Assembly: GCA_041738755.1 (NCBI GenBank)
Contig: JBGSPE010000006.1
Span: 1-61,745 of the forward strand
Direction of reading: 5' to 3'
Source of the DNA: Minisyncoccia bacterium
GTDB taxonomy: Bacteria > Patescibacteriota > Minisyncoccia > Phycocordibacterales > UBA918
DNA length: 61,745 nucleotides
Shown: piece by piece, positions 25,620 through 35,053 of the stretch
How positions within the stretch are numbered: position 1 is the stretch's first letter
Layout of the letters: each line of letters begins with the position of its first letter
The notes under the pieces: generated by a model
What the model was told of the DNA's origin: nothing
Database searches by the model: none
The model's input: only the letters and a program-made list of their open reading frames with translations
Translations under genes and position numbers: made by a program

Positions 25620-28388
25620 ATGCCTGAGGGTGCTCCCAAACAATTTACGACGCCGGAACAAGAAATCGCCTACTTGCGAGCGCAAATTGCTGAACGTGAA
25701 CGTACGCTTCTGGAGCGAACTCCTGAAATTGACCGAACAGATATTGAAACGGTCGGTCGCCAAGAAATCAAAGCCTACACGAGCTTTACGCCAAAAATGG
25801 TACTTGATAAAGAGTATCAACTCACTGACGAGCAACTCCGGCAGTCGGTTGAAATGGTGTCGTTATCCCATCATCCAGCTGAAGATATTATGCAGTTGGC
25901 TTTTGAAAAGGGAATTAAAAATGCCCTGACAGTACTCGAGAGTTTTTCAGATCCATATGTGGTTGATGAAGTACATCGCCGTTTGATTGAAGAAATTCGT
26001 AGCGGTGCGCAAATTGCTGATTTGAAGGAAGGTATGCCAGCCTGGCATGTACTCCATATGACACTCTACGAGGTGACGTTGCCAGGACAAAAAAATACTG
26101 ATAACCCCGTCGGACAGACTGCTGAGCTCGTGGGGATGATGGAACAACTCTTGATGGGGTTACGGACGATTGGCTCGGTAAAAGAGGGAAATCATTTTGT
26201 GATTGAAGTGGCTGTTGCTGATAAGAGCGACGATATCGTCTTTTATGTGGCGGTACCAAATGAATATACGTCTTTGTTTGAAAAACAAACGCTCGCCTTG
26301 TTCCACAACGCCGTGCTTACTATCCAGCCACATGACTACAACGTCTTCGTTGAACATGGTGTTACTGAAGTGGTGGAGTTGGGACTTAAAAAACACCCTC
26401 TGTATTCACTGCGAACCCATGATCAATTCACGAGCGATCCGCTCTCAGTAATTTTAAATGCATTTTCAAAAATCGAACGGGAGGGTGGGGGAGCTGCGTT
26501 GCAGTTTGTGATTCGTCACCCGAAAGACGAGCGGATTCGTAATAATTATAAAAGCATCATCAAAGAAGTAGAGCGTGGGGTGAAGCCAAAAGATGCAATT
26601 GCAAGGAGCACCGTGACTGGTGAATTCAAAGGCCTTGTGACTGACATCTTCTTCACGGCTAAAAAAGAAGCCATGAATGAGAGTAAAGAGGTTACAAAAG
26701 AAGTTGATAGCGTAACGCTCGAACACTTTCGAACAAAGCTCAAAACCGATATCTTTGAAACAAATATCCGGATTGTGGTTTCAGCGAGCGATAGTGCCCG
26801 TGTTAATCAAATTATGAAAGAGATTCAATCTACCTTTAATCAGTTTGATAATCACGACGGCAATACCTTCACGTTTAACCCGCTTAATCGAGCAGCCCTA
26901 CCGAAAGCTCGAAAAGCCTTTGCGTTTCGTGAATTTTCCCTGAAAGCCGCTATGTCACTCTCAACGACTGAGCTCGCCACCCTCATTCACTTCCCAGGTA
27001 GTGGAGTGTTGTCGGCTACGCAATTTAAGCAGTCATACGCTAAGACAGCAGCTGCTCCAACCGAAATGCCAACCGCTGGTACGTACCTTGGCGTAAATGA
27101 TCATCGAGGTAATAAAAAAGATATCTTCATCACGGAGAAAGACCGAATGCGTCATTTCTATATCATTGGGCAAACTGGTACAGGTAAATCAAAGTTCTTA
27201 ACAAATCTCATTGCCCAAGACATTCATGCGGGTGCGGGTGTGTGTTTCATTGACCCACACGGTACTGACTTGGATGAGGTGTTGGGAATTATTCCTCCAG
27301 AGCGAGAGCAAGATGTAATCTATTTTGACCCATCACACATGGAGAGTGTGGTTGGCCTCAACATGTTGGATTATGACTACAGTAAACCGGAACAAAAGAC
27401 ATTTGTAGTCAACGAACTGTTCTCAATTTTCCAAAAATTGTATGGAGCCAATCCAGAGTCAATGGGGCCGATGTTTGAACAGTACTTCCGAAATGCCACG
27501 ATGCTTGTCATGGAAGATCCAGACAGCGGTAATACGCTCATGGATATCTCTCGAGTTATGGCCGATGCTCGGTATCGTCGACATAAGCTCGAACGAGCTC
27601 AGAATCCGGTGGTGGTCCAATTCTGGAGAGAAATTGCTACGAAGGCGGGCGGAGAAGCGTCACTTGAAAATATCGTTCCGTATATTGTTTCAAAGTTCGA
27701 TGTCTTTACTGCCAACGACTTCATGCGGCCAATTATTGGGCAGCAACGGAGTGCTTTCAATTTCCGTCAAGTAATGGATGAGCGAAAGATTCTCTTAGTC
27801 AATCTCTCAAAAGGTCGCCTCGGAGAGATTAATGCAAATCTCATCGGAATGATTTTTGTAGGGAAGATTTTAATGGCCGCACTGTCTCGGGTTGATGATC
27901 CGACCGGAAATTTTGCACCATTTTTCCTCCATATCGATGAGTTCCAAAATATTTCTACTAATTCCATTGCATCAATTTTATCTGAGGCACGAAAATACAA
28001 ACTTGGTCTTACTGTAGCTCACCAGTTTATTGCTCAGCTTGACCCAGTTATTAAGGACGCCGTATTTGGTAACGTCGGATCGATGGCCGCGTTTCGTGTC
28101 GGTCCTGAAGATGGGCAATTCCTTGAATCACAATTCGGTCCGACGTTTACTGCAGCCGAGCTCATGAATATTCCAAACTTCAACGCCTATATGCGAGTGC
28201 TTGCCAATGGAGTTCCGACCGTGCCGTTTAGTGTGGCGGCTCCACAGCCAATTACTCCAGATTCAGAAAAGGTTGTCCGTCTCAAAGCTCAGAGTTTTGC
28301 GCGATATGGCCGGGCGCGGAGCGAAGTTGAGGCAGAAATACAGCAACGTTATCAAAAGCCAGTCTTATCAGTACCACCGCTTCAATAA
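25620..28388 (+). CDS. Large P-loop ATPase with a VirD4/TraG/TraD-like (type IV coupling protein-like) C-terminal half
   Basis: Walker A IIGQTGTGKSKF, IDPHGTDL, and Walker B FFLHIDEFQN..ARKYKLGLTVAHQFIAQL. I cannot assign the N-terminal roughly 500 aa. Confidence 0.8.
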   Translation: MPEGAPKQFTTPEQEIAYLRAQIAERERTLLERTPEIDRTDIETVGRQEIKAYTSFTPKMVLDKEYQLTDEQLRQSVEMVSLSHHPAEDIMQLAFEKGIKNALTVLESFSDPYVVDEVHRRLIEEIRSGAQIADLKEGMPAWHVLHMTLYEVTLPGQKNTDNPVGQTAELVGMMEQLLMGLRTIGSVKEGNHFVIEVAVADKSDDIVFYVAVPNEYTSLFEKQTLALFHNAVLTIQPHDYNVFVEHGVTEVVELGLKKHPLYSLRTHDQFTSDPLSVILNAFSKIEREGGGAALQFVIRHPKDERIRNNYKSIIKEVERGVKPKDAIARSTVTGEFKGLVTDIFFTAKKEAMNESKEVTKEVDSVTLEHFRTKLKTDIFETNIRIVVSASDSARVNQIMKEIQSTFNQFDNHDGNTFTFNPLNRAALPKARKAFAFREFSLKAAMSLSTTELATLIHFPGSGVLSATQFKQSYAKTAAAPTEMPTAGTYLGVNDHRGNKKDIFITEKDRMRHFYIIGQTGTGKSKFLTNLIAQDIHAGAGVCFIDPHGTDLDEVLGIIPPEREQDVIYFDPSHMESVVGLNMLDYDYSKPEQKTFVVNELFSIFQKLYGANPESMGPMFEQYFRNATMLVMEDPDSGNTLMDISRVMADARYRRHKLERAQNPVVVQFWREIATKAGGEASLENIVPYIVSKFDVFTANDFMRPIIGQQRSAFNFRQVMDERKILLVNLSKGRLGEINANLIGMIFVGKILMAALSRVDDPTGNFAPFFLHIDEFQNISTNSIASILSEARKYKLGLTVAHQFIAQLDPVIKDAVFGNVGSMAAFRVGPEDGQFLESQFGPTFTAAELMNIPNFNAYMRVLANGVPTVPFSVAAPQPITPDSEKVVRLKAQSFARYGRARSEVEAEIQQRYQKPVLSVPPLQ

Positions 28389-28393
28389 TATCT

Positions 28394-29368
28394 ATGGAAC
28401 AAAATTTTGATACTACCGAACAAGAAGATGTGATTGCCGTAGACAGTAAGGCCGGTCTCGAGGTATTTGCTGAGCATGTCGACCAGCTACGCGAGGAAGT
28501 TGAGACGCTTCAAGCTGAATATCACACGCGATACGAAAATATCCCGCCGGAGTTCTACGCCGCGGGAGAAGCGTACCAGCGATTACGAACACTGGTCATA
28601 GAAGCCCTTGGGCAGTTATTTACCAGTGATCAGGTGAGTGATGATTTAGTAGATGAGCTTCAAGCTACCTATAACAGTCTTTCTGAAGCACGTGATGGAA
28701 TGGCACTCTTAACGGCTGTCGGAGAAGAGGTGAGTGAGGTCATTGACGAGGTTATTGAAGAAGTCACGTTGCCTCACCCTGATGCTGGGATAACTACCGC
28801 TCCCTCGTCAGGAGAAGGAATTGCCTCACCATTTTATACGCCTGCTGAAGTGGCACAGTCACAAATCCCAGAACGAAAGCAACCAGCAGCCAGAAATTTT
28901 GCTAGTCATGCCAAAAAGGCAGATGCGCTCTTTAAGAAAAAAGAACCAGCGCCACGTCCGCTTGAATTACTGACACCTGAAATCCTAGCTAACTCAAAAT
29001 ACCAAAAGGTGATTGAACATTATTTCGGTTCACCAGCGCTTTTTGAAGCAACCTTACTTCGAGAAATAGAAAAGCGCGAACAGCCTTCAAAGCTCGATGC
29101 TTTTTTAGGTGTTGTGCATCAAAGTGCATTTCATACCTTCTTGAAAGATCTTCCGTTGTCAGAGATTGCCATGTTAGAAGGGGAATCGTTTACGGTGATT
29201 CGTGAACGGGTGAGTGCCTTACACATCGACTACGGTATATATGTTGAATGGATGAAAGATGTGCCGGTTATGCAACATGTTGTACGACCACACGCTGCGA
29301 TGACATTTTCTGAACTGTATGTTCGAGCAGAGTTGGAAATTTTGTGGCAACAATTTTCAAACGGATAG
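28394..29368 (+). CDS. Hypothetical acidic protein
   Basis: Starts 5 nt after the ATPase stop. No motifs recognised. Confidence 0.55.
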   Translation: MEQNFDTTEQEDVIAVDSKAGLEVFAEHVDQLREEVETLQAEYHTRYENIPPEFYAAGEAYQRLRTLVIEALGQLFTSDQVSDDLVDELQATYNSLSEARDGMALLTAVGEEVSEVIDEVIEEVTLPHPDAGITTAPSSGEGIASPFYTPAEVAQSQIPERKQPAARNFASHAKKADALFKKKEPAPRPLELLTPEILANSKYQKVIEHYFGSPALFEATLLREIEKREQPSKLDAFLGVVHQSAFHTFLKDLPLSEIAMLEGESFTVIRERVSALHIDYGIYVEWMKDVPVMQHVVRPHAAMTFSELYVRAELEILWQQFSNG

Positions 29369-29428
29369 GTAATACACAGGTCGGGATAACTTTCTTCTCT
29401 CACATCTCTGACAAGAGTGGTATCATAA

Positions 29429-30910
29429 TTGCATATGGTGAACGTCAGTTCTTTGCCAGTTGTCGGAGGTAGTTCTTTTGACCTGGATTCACAATCGGGA
29501 GTTACACAACTTCTTGTTTCAATTCGCGCTAGCGATATTTCGTCGGCTGATAAAAATGACGTTCGTGACCTTGTATTTCAGTACACAAATGGCGGCAAAG
29601 ATGCAACAGTGCGTCGCGCCCTTGAACAAAAAATTACCACCCTCGGTATTACCCCAGTAGCTCCCAAGGTAACAACCGCTCCGCTTCCACCACTACCACC
29701 GCCACCAATCATTGGAACGTATCGAATGGCACCAGCTTTTGTTGCGCCAAAAGTTATGAGTGTACCAGTGACACCAGTTTTAAAAACTCCAATTGCACAG
29801 GAGACACTGGCTCCAGTAGCTGCTCCTGCGCCGGTTGCGCCCGTGCCAATTCCTGAACCAGTAGTTGTACCTACTCCTCCTGCACCAAGACCTGAACCTA
29901 CTCCAGAGCCAGCACCTCAAACACCACCTGTACCGTCGTCAGACAATAACCAAGACTATCTCAACCGAATTCGTGAGATTAAATCAATTGTTAATGAGCG
30001 AGTGGGTAACCCGGTCAACTTGGTTGATATTGATAATACCGTCGGTCGAGAGTACATGAGCGCGCTCTTGGATGCGATGAAAAAACTTAACGATGGTAGT
30101 TCACCAGCGCCGGCAATGCGACGGCTAGAAGCAGCCTTTACGGCGGTTGAAGAAACATTAGAAAAGCATGATAAAGGTGTACCGGCTCAAGAAATTCCAC
30201 CAGCGACTCCGGTAGCGCCAGTAGCAGAACCAGTCTCTGGTTTTTCTATACCAGTAACTCCAGCACCACCAGTGTCTCCAGTGGTGCCCCCACCAACATT
30301 CAATGAGCCAACGCAAGAGGCCTCACAACCTGTTAGCACACCACTACCTCCAACTCAAACCAGTTGGCAGCCTCCGGTTACTACACCTGAAGTACCACCA
30401 GCACCGTATGTGCCACCAGCCCCTATTCCGGCCTCTGCACCAGAACCAGCTAGTGGATGGAATGCGGTACCGACGAAGACCATGGCGGCTCCTCTGGTCC
30501 ACTCAATTGCAGAGCGTGAACCACCGAAGACTCCAGCCTCACTACCACTCACTCGAGCAACTGAAGTATCAGCCCCAACCGGAGATGTACTTCATACTGA
30601 CGAAGTTAATCAAGGACTCGAGCAACTACTTTTAGAGTGGTCACTCTTTAAGAAAAGTGGCATGTTTGGCACTGGTCCAAAAGGACGTGAGCACCCACTC
30701 TTCAAAAAAGTTGCAGAGTTACAAATACCGCTACTACTAGCCGGGAGATTCGAAGGGGCAACCCAAGAAATCAAACAAAGTATCACTGATTACATGAATG
30801 GCTGGCGGTATGAGCAAGGTATCATTTATGAGCCGGGTGAGCAGTTTGAGCATTACCTGAGACGAGTGATACGCCACATTCTCGATTTGCAAAAAAATAA
30901 AATCCGCTGA
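29429..30910 (+). CDS. Hypothetical proline-rich protein
   Basis: Long PxP/APV low-complexity tracts flank globular N- and C-terminal segments. Confidence 0.55.
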   Translation: MHMVNVSSLPVVGGSSFDLDSQSGVTQLLVSIRASDISSADKNDVRDLVFQYTNGGKDATVRRALEQKITTLGITPVAPKVTTAPLPPLPPPPIIGTYRMAPAFVAPKVMSVPVTPVLKTPIAQETLAPVAAPAPVAPVPIPEPVVVPTPPAPRPEPTPEPAPQTPPVPSSDNNQDYLNRIREIKSIVNERVGNPVNLVDIDNTVGREYMSALLDAMKKLNDGSSPAPAMRRLEAAFTAVEETLEKHDKGVPAQEIPPATPVAPVAEPVSGFSIPVTPAPPVSPVVPPPTFNEPTQEASQPVSTPLPPTQTSWQPPVTTPEVPPAPYVPPAPIPASAPEPASGWNAVPTKTMAAPLVHSIAEREPPKTPASLPLTRATEVSAPTGDVLHTDEVNQGLEQLLLEWSLFKKSGMFGTGPKGREHPLFKKVAELQIPLLLAGRFEGATQEIKQSITDYMNGWRYEQGIIYEPGEQFEHYLRRVIRHILDLQKNKIR

Positions 30911-30920
30911 TAATAAGAGC

Positions 30921-31544
30921 ATGAATCAACACCATGCTCTTTTAGTATATGACAAAGAGCCATTCTCGTGTGACCTGGCTCGAATTCTTGGTACAACACC
31001 CGACCGAGTTCATGAATTTCAAAAGTGTACCGTAGCCGATGTACGAACTGTCGTCGCTTCTGCCTGGCTTCGCCCAGAAGGGGAAGACCGTGAACAGCTC
31101 ATTGCCGTTAAGACAGAATTTATTGTTGAAGAGGCGCAGCAGGCATTATTAAAAATTGTAGAAGAGCCGCCGGTTGGGACCAGATTTGTTTTTGTGTTGC
31201 CGGAGGGCTACACCATACTCTCAACCCTGCAATCAAGATTTCAAATAGTCGAACAAACCGAGGTTGAGGTCGGAGGTACTGCTCAGTTTGCTTCGTTTAT
31301 TGAAGCTGATTATAAAGACCGAATGGCACAAATTGAAGTGGCCATAAAACAAAAAGATCAACTCTGGCAAAAAGCTATAAAAGATGGTCTACGCTTCTAT
31401 CTTATGAGTAGAAAAACGAACCTCAACGGCGTGACATTGGATCAGCTTCAGTATGTACTGCAAACATTACTAAGCCGAGGGGCTTCTAATAAGTTTTTAT
31501 TAGAGCAATTGGCGTTGGTATTACCAGTTCGAAGTACGAGGTAG
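30921..31544 (+). CDS. holB: DNA polymerase III delta-prime-like clamp-loader subunit (no P-loop)
   Basis: EAQQALLKIVEEPPVGTRFVFV...LSTLQSRFQ matches the sensor region of clamp-loader AAA+ proteins. Confidence 0.6.
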   Translation: MNQHHALLVYDKEPFSCDLARILGTTPDRVHEFQKCTVADVRTVVASAWLRPEGEDREQLIAVKTEFIVEEAQQALLKIVEEPPVGTRFVFVLPEGYTILSTLQSRFQIVEQTEVEVGGTAQFASFIEADYKDRMAQIEVAIKQKDQLWQKAIKDGLRFYLMSRKTNLNGVTLDQLQYVLQTLLSRGASNKFLLEQLALVLPVRSTR

Positions 31545-31593
31545 AAAATGCTATACTTAGAGCATATTGTAAATTATTGATTTCATTGAATGT

Positions 31594-32136
31594 ATGGAGA
31601 GCACGATTGCAAAACGACTAAAAGAAACTGAGGAATGGCTCCAAAAAGAGCATGCCAGTATCAGAACCGGCCAGGCCGCCCCAGGGTTACTTGATGGTGT
31701 GCGAGTTGAAAGTTATGGTTCGGTCATGTCACTCAATCAACTGGCGAGCGTTGGGGTTGAGGATGCCAGGACGCTTAGAATTAGCGTTTGGGACAATACT
31801 GTGATTGCGGCCATTGAACGGGCTATTCGCGAAGCTGATCTTGGTGTATCAACCGTGACCGACTCAACCGGGATTCGAGTCATCTTCCCTGAACTTACTT
31901 CAGAACGACGTGTACAACTCTTAAAGCTTGCCAAGAATAAGCTTGAAGAGTCACGAATTGCGGTACGAGCTATCCGGGATGAGGCAATGAAAGGTATTGA
32001 AAAGCAACAAAAGGACGGTGAATTGAGCGAAGACGAAAAGTTTACTCGTAAAGATGAAATCCAAGCAGCGGTAGATAAAACCAACCAAGCTTTGGAGACC
32101 CAGTTTCTGAAAAAAGAAGCTGAACTACAAAAATAA
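31594..32136 (+). CDS. frr: Ribosome recycling factor
   Basis: Typical RRF length and motifs (IRTGQAAPGLLDGVRVE, LGVSTVTDSTGIRVIFPELTSERR). Confidence 0.93.
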   Translation: MESTIAKRLKETEEWLQKEHASIRTGQAAPGLLDGVRVESYGSVMSLNQLASVGVEDARTLRISVWDNTVIAAIERAIREADLGVSTVTDSTGIRVIFPELTSERRVQLLKLAKNKLEESRIAVRAIRDEAMKGIEKQQKDGELSEDEKFTRKDEIQAAVDKTNQALETQFLKKEAELQK

Positions 32137-32145
32137 TCATAACGT

Positions 32146-33240
32146 ATGTCTATCCTCTTATTCCTTGCTGTCCTGTTCGTTCTGGTTCTCGTTCACGAGT
32201 GGGGACATTTTATTGTAGCCAAAAAGACCGGCATGCGGGTTGATGAATTTGGTATTGGCTTCCCACCAAAATTATTTGGCAAGAAATGGGGTGAGACTGA
32301 GTATACCCTCAATGCCTTACCGCTTGGTGGGTTTGTAAAAATTTATGGTGAAAACGGAGATGAGGAACATGATATTGAGGCTCAAAAAGACAGTCGAGCG
32401 TTTGGTTCGCGACCAAAGTGGGCTCAGGCCCTCGTATTGATTGCCGGAGTGACGATGAACGTTCTCTTTGCCTGGTTCTTATTTTCCCTCACCTACATGA
32501 TTGGTGTACCAACTGCCGTTGATGAAGCGGTTGCGAGTCCTGAAGCCAAGCTCTATATTGCTTCGACGTTACCAAATGCTCCGGCTGATGGAGTCATTCC
32601 GGTTGGTGCCGTGGTTGAATCAGTCGCAAGCGGAGAATCAATGATTTCATCACCAACTCCCACCTCATTTAGTGAGTTCGTTGCTGCTGCTGCTCCAAAC
32701 GCTGTTGATATCACCTATACCATCAATGAAGTGACACAGACTGTTTCTGTCACTCCAGTGGCAGGTTTGATTGCCGATAGTCCGGAACGATTCGTGATTG
32801 GCACATCACTCACCTTAGTTGAGACGATGGAGCGAGGTTTCTTCCGCGCCATTGGAGATGGATTTATTGCAACCATGGCAGGTTTAGGGAGTATTGCGAC
32901 AGGTCTCTTTACGCTTATCTCACAATCAATCACTGGTTCAGCTGACTTCAGTAATATTGCCGGACCGGTGGGTATTGTGGGCTTAGTAGGGGATGCGGCG
33001 GCTTTTGGGATTATTGCGTTGCTTACTTTCACTGCTGTAATTTCACTCAACTTAGCAGTCATCAACATGCTTCCGTTTCCGGCGCTAGATGGTGGACGAT
33101 TGGTATTCGTCTTTATTGAAGCGGTGACTGGGAAGCAGATTCCGGCGGTATGGGCGGGGCGGGTGAATTTGGTGGGGTTTGCGCTTCTTATGCTACTTAT
33201 GATCGTTGTTACCTACAACGACATCGTAAGACTCCTATAA
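32146..33240 (+). CDS. rseP: Site-2 (M50) zinc metalloprotease RseP-like
   Basis: HEWGHF zinc motif, FGIGFPPKLF, and LNLAVINMLPFPALDGG. Confidence 0.9.
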   Translation: MSILLFLAVLFVLVLVHEWGHFIVAKKTGMRVDEFGIGFPPKLFGKKWGETEYTLNALPLGGFVKIYGENGDEEHDIEAQKDSRAFGSRPKWAQALVLIAGVTMNVLFAWFLFSLTYMIGVPTAVDEAVASPEAKLYIASTLPNAPADGVIPVGAVVESVASGESMISSPTPTSFSEFVAAAAPNAVDITYTINEVTQTVSVTPVAGLIADSPERFVIGTSLTLVETMERGFFRAIGDGFIATMAGLGSIATGLFTLISQSITGSADFSNIAGPVGIVGLVGDAAAFGIIALLTFTAVISLNLAVINMLPFPALDGGRLVFVFIEAVTGKQIPAVWAGRVNLVGFALLMLLMIVVTYNDIVRLL

Positions 33241-33489
33241 ATCACTTCGTCTGCGTCGTTGTGTTCGCGAAAAATTATTTCAATGTACATCTAGGTACAC
33301 CTCAAGAATTTTTCGCTCCACGCCTCGCATCTAAAGCAATTTCTCGGAGCCTTTAAAGTACGCCTCCTGTTATATTCCTCCTAATCCTCGCACCTTCAGC
33401 ACTTTTAAACCCTCAAAGTGCTTCTGTCATATTGAATTTTGCAAAAGCTATTGCGTGTGATACTTTGAACTCAGAAGGAGAGTGTCACC

Positions 33490-33666
33490 ATGGTTGCTAA
33501 GGCAAAAGATATTAAAATAATGCTTCTTTCAGGGACAGGTATTGGTACCTGTTTCGGGTTAAATCCAACGCGAATCACGCATCCTGCCAGAGAATCCGAA
33601 ATACCAAATGAACCCAAGCCTGGCGAAGGTGCAGCATTTAGACTCCTTGATAAGTTTGAATGGTAA
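33490..33666 (+). CDS. Small 58-aa hypothetical protein (too short for the ORF track)
   Basis: Strong SD AGAAGGAGAG lies 7 nt upstream of the ATG. A hairpin GACCTGTAG...CTACGGGTC plus T-run lies downstream. Translation MVAKAKDIKIMLLSGTGIGTCFGLNPTRITHPARESEIPNEPKPGEGAAFRLLDKFEW. Confidence 0.35.
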   Translation: MVAKAKDIKIMLLSGTGIGTCFGLNPTRITHPARESEIPNEPKPGEGAAFRLLDKFEW

Positions 33667-33755
33667 AGCATGACCTGTAGGAAGAAGCTCGCTTCAATCT
33701 ACGGGTCTTCTTTCTTTTAAAAAGAGTGCTAAAATCAAGCTTATAAATTTACAAT

Positions 33756-35018
33756 ATGCGACAATCACACCTATTTACGAAGACACGAAAAGAAGCGCCA
33801 GCCGATGAGGTCGCGAAGAACGCACAGCTCTTGATTCGAGCAGGGTACGTCCACAAAGTAATGGCTGGGGTATATGCGTATACGCCGTTGGGTTTACGTG
33901 TGCTCGAGAATATAAAACAAATCGTTCGCGAAGAAATGAATGCAGTAAAGGGGCAGGAACTTATCATGACTAGCCTCCAATCACCCGAAGTATGGGAAGA
34001 AACTGGTCGTTGGAGCGACGAGGCTGTGGACGTATGGTTTAAAACAAAACTACAAGATGGTAATGAACTTGGTCTGGCTTGGTCTCATGAAGAAGCAATA
34101 GTTTCAATGATGGCCCAATACGTAAATAGCTATAAAGATTTGCCGATTAGTGTCTATCAGTTCCAAACCAAGCTCCGTAATGAACTTCGTGCTAAGAGCG
34201 GAATCATGCGAGGGCGAGAATTTGTGATGAAAGATATGTATTCATTGCATGCTACACAAGAAGACATGGATGAATACTACGATACTGTGGTTGAAGCATA
34301 TAAGCGCATCTATGGGCGGCTTGGTATTGGTGGAGATACATTTGTAACGTTTGCGAGTGGGGGAGCGTTTACTAAATTTAGTCACGAGTTTCAAACACTT
34401 TGTGATGCTGGTGAAGATGTGCTTTATATCAACGACAAAAAAACTATTGCGGTGAACGAGGAGGTGCTTGATGCTGCCACGTCTGAAATTGGTATTTCAA
34501 AAGAAGAGCTTTCACCAGTAAAGACAGCTGAGGTAGGAAATATTTTCAAATTTGGTACTGAAAAGGGTGAGCAAATGAATGTAACTTTCAAAGATTCCGA
34601 TGGCGAAGACAAGCCAATTTATTTGGCTTCATACGGGGTTGGAATTACACGCGTCATGGGTGTGTTGGTAGAAAAATTTGGTGATGATAAGGGGATTGTG
34701 TGGCCGGAATCAGTTGCGCCGTTTAAAGTACACTTAGTAGGGCTCAATTTGGAAGATAGTGAAATCAAAGACTGGGCCGATGGTGTCTATAGTTCACTCA
34801 GTAAAGCCGGAGTGGAGGTACTTTTTGATGATCGAATCGAAGCGAGAGCTGGTGAAAAGTTCTCCGATAGTGACCTGCTTGGTATGCCATACCGGGTGGT
34901 GGTAAGTAAAAAAGGGAAGGAAAGTGGCCTGTTTGAGGTGGTGACCCGTGCCACTGGTGAAGTTCGTCAGCTTTCTGAGGAAGAATTATTTGCTGATTTT
35001 GTTCCAGAAGGAAACTAA
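33756..35018 (+). CDS. proS: Prolyl-tRNA synthetase (short form, no editing insertion)
   Basis: N-terminus MRQSHLFTKTRKEAPADEVAKNAQLLIRAGY, class II motifs, and a C-terminal anticodon-binding domain. 420 aa. Confidence 0.9.
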   Translation: MRQSHLFTKTRKEAPADEVAKNAQLLIRAGYVHKVMAGVYAYTPLGLRVLENIKQIVREEMNAVKGQELIMTSLQSPEVWEETGRWSDEAVDVWFKTKLQDGNELGLAWSHEEAIVSMMAQYVNSYKDLPISVYQFQTKLRNELRAKSGIMRGREFVMKDMYSLHATQEDMDEYYDTVVEAYKRIYGRLGIGGDTFVTFASGGAFTKFSHEFQTLCDAGEDVLYINDKKTIAVNEEVLDAATSEIGISKEELSPVKTAEVGNIFKFGTEKGEQMNVTFKDSDGEDKPIYLASYGVGITRVMGVLVEKFGDDKGIVWPESVAPFKVHLVGLNLEDSEIKDWADGVYSSLSKAGVEVLFDDRIEARAGEKFSDSDLLGMPYRVVVSKKGKESGLFEVVTRATGEVRQLSEEELFADFVPEGN

Positions 35019-35053
35019 GGGCCACTTTGTCGCTATAGACAATACATAGTACA

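Noticed and set aside
33471-33671. 66-aa minus-strand ORF between rseP and proS
   Set aside because: The plus-strand 58-aa ORF in the same place has a strong SD and a terminator. The minus-strand ORF has neither.
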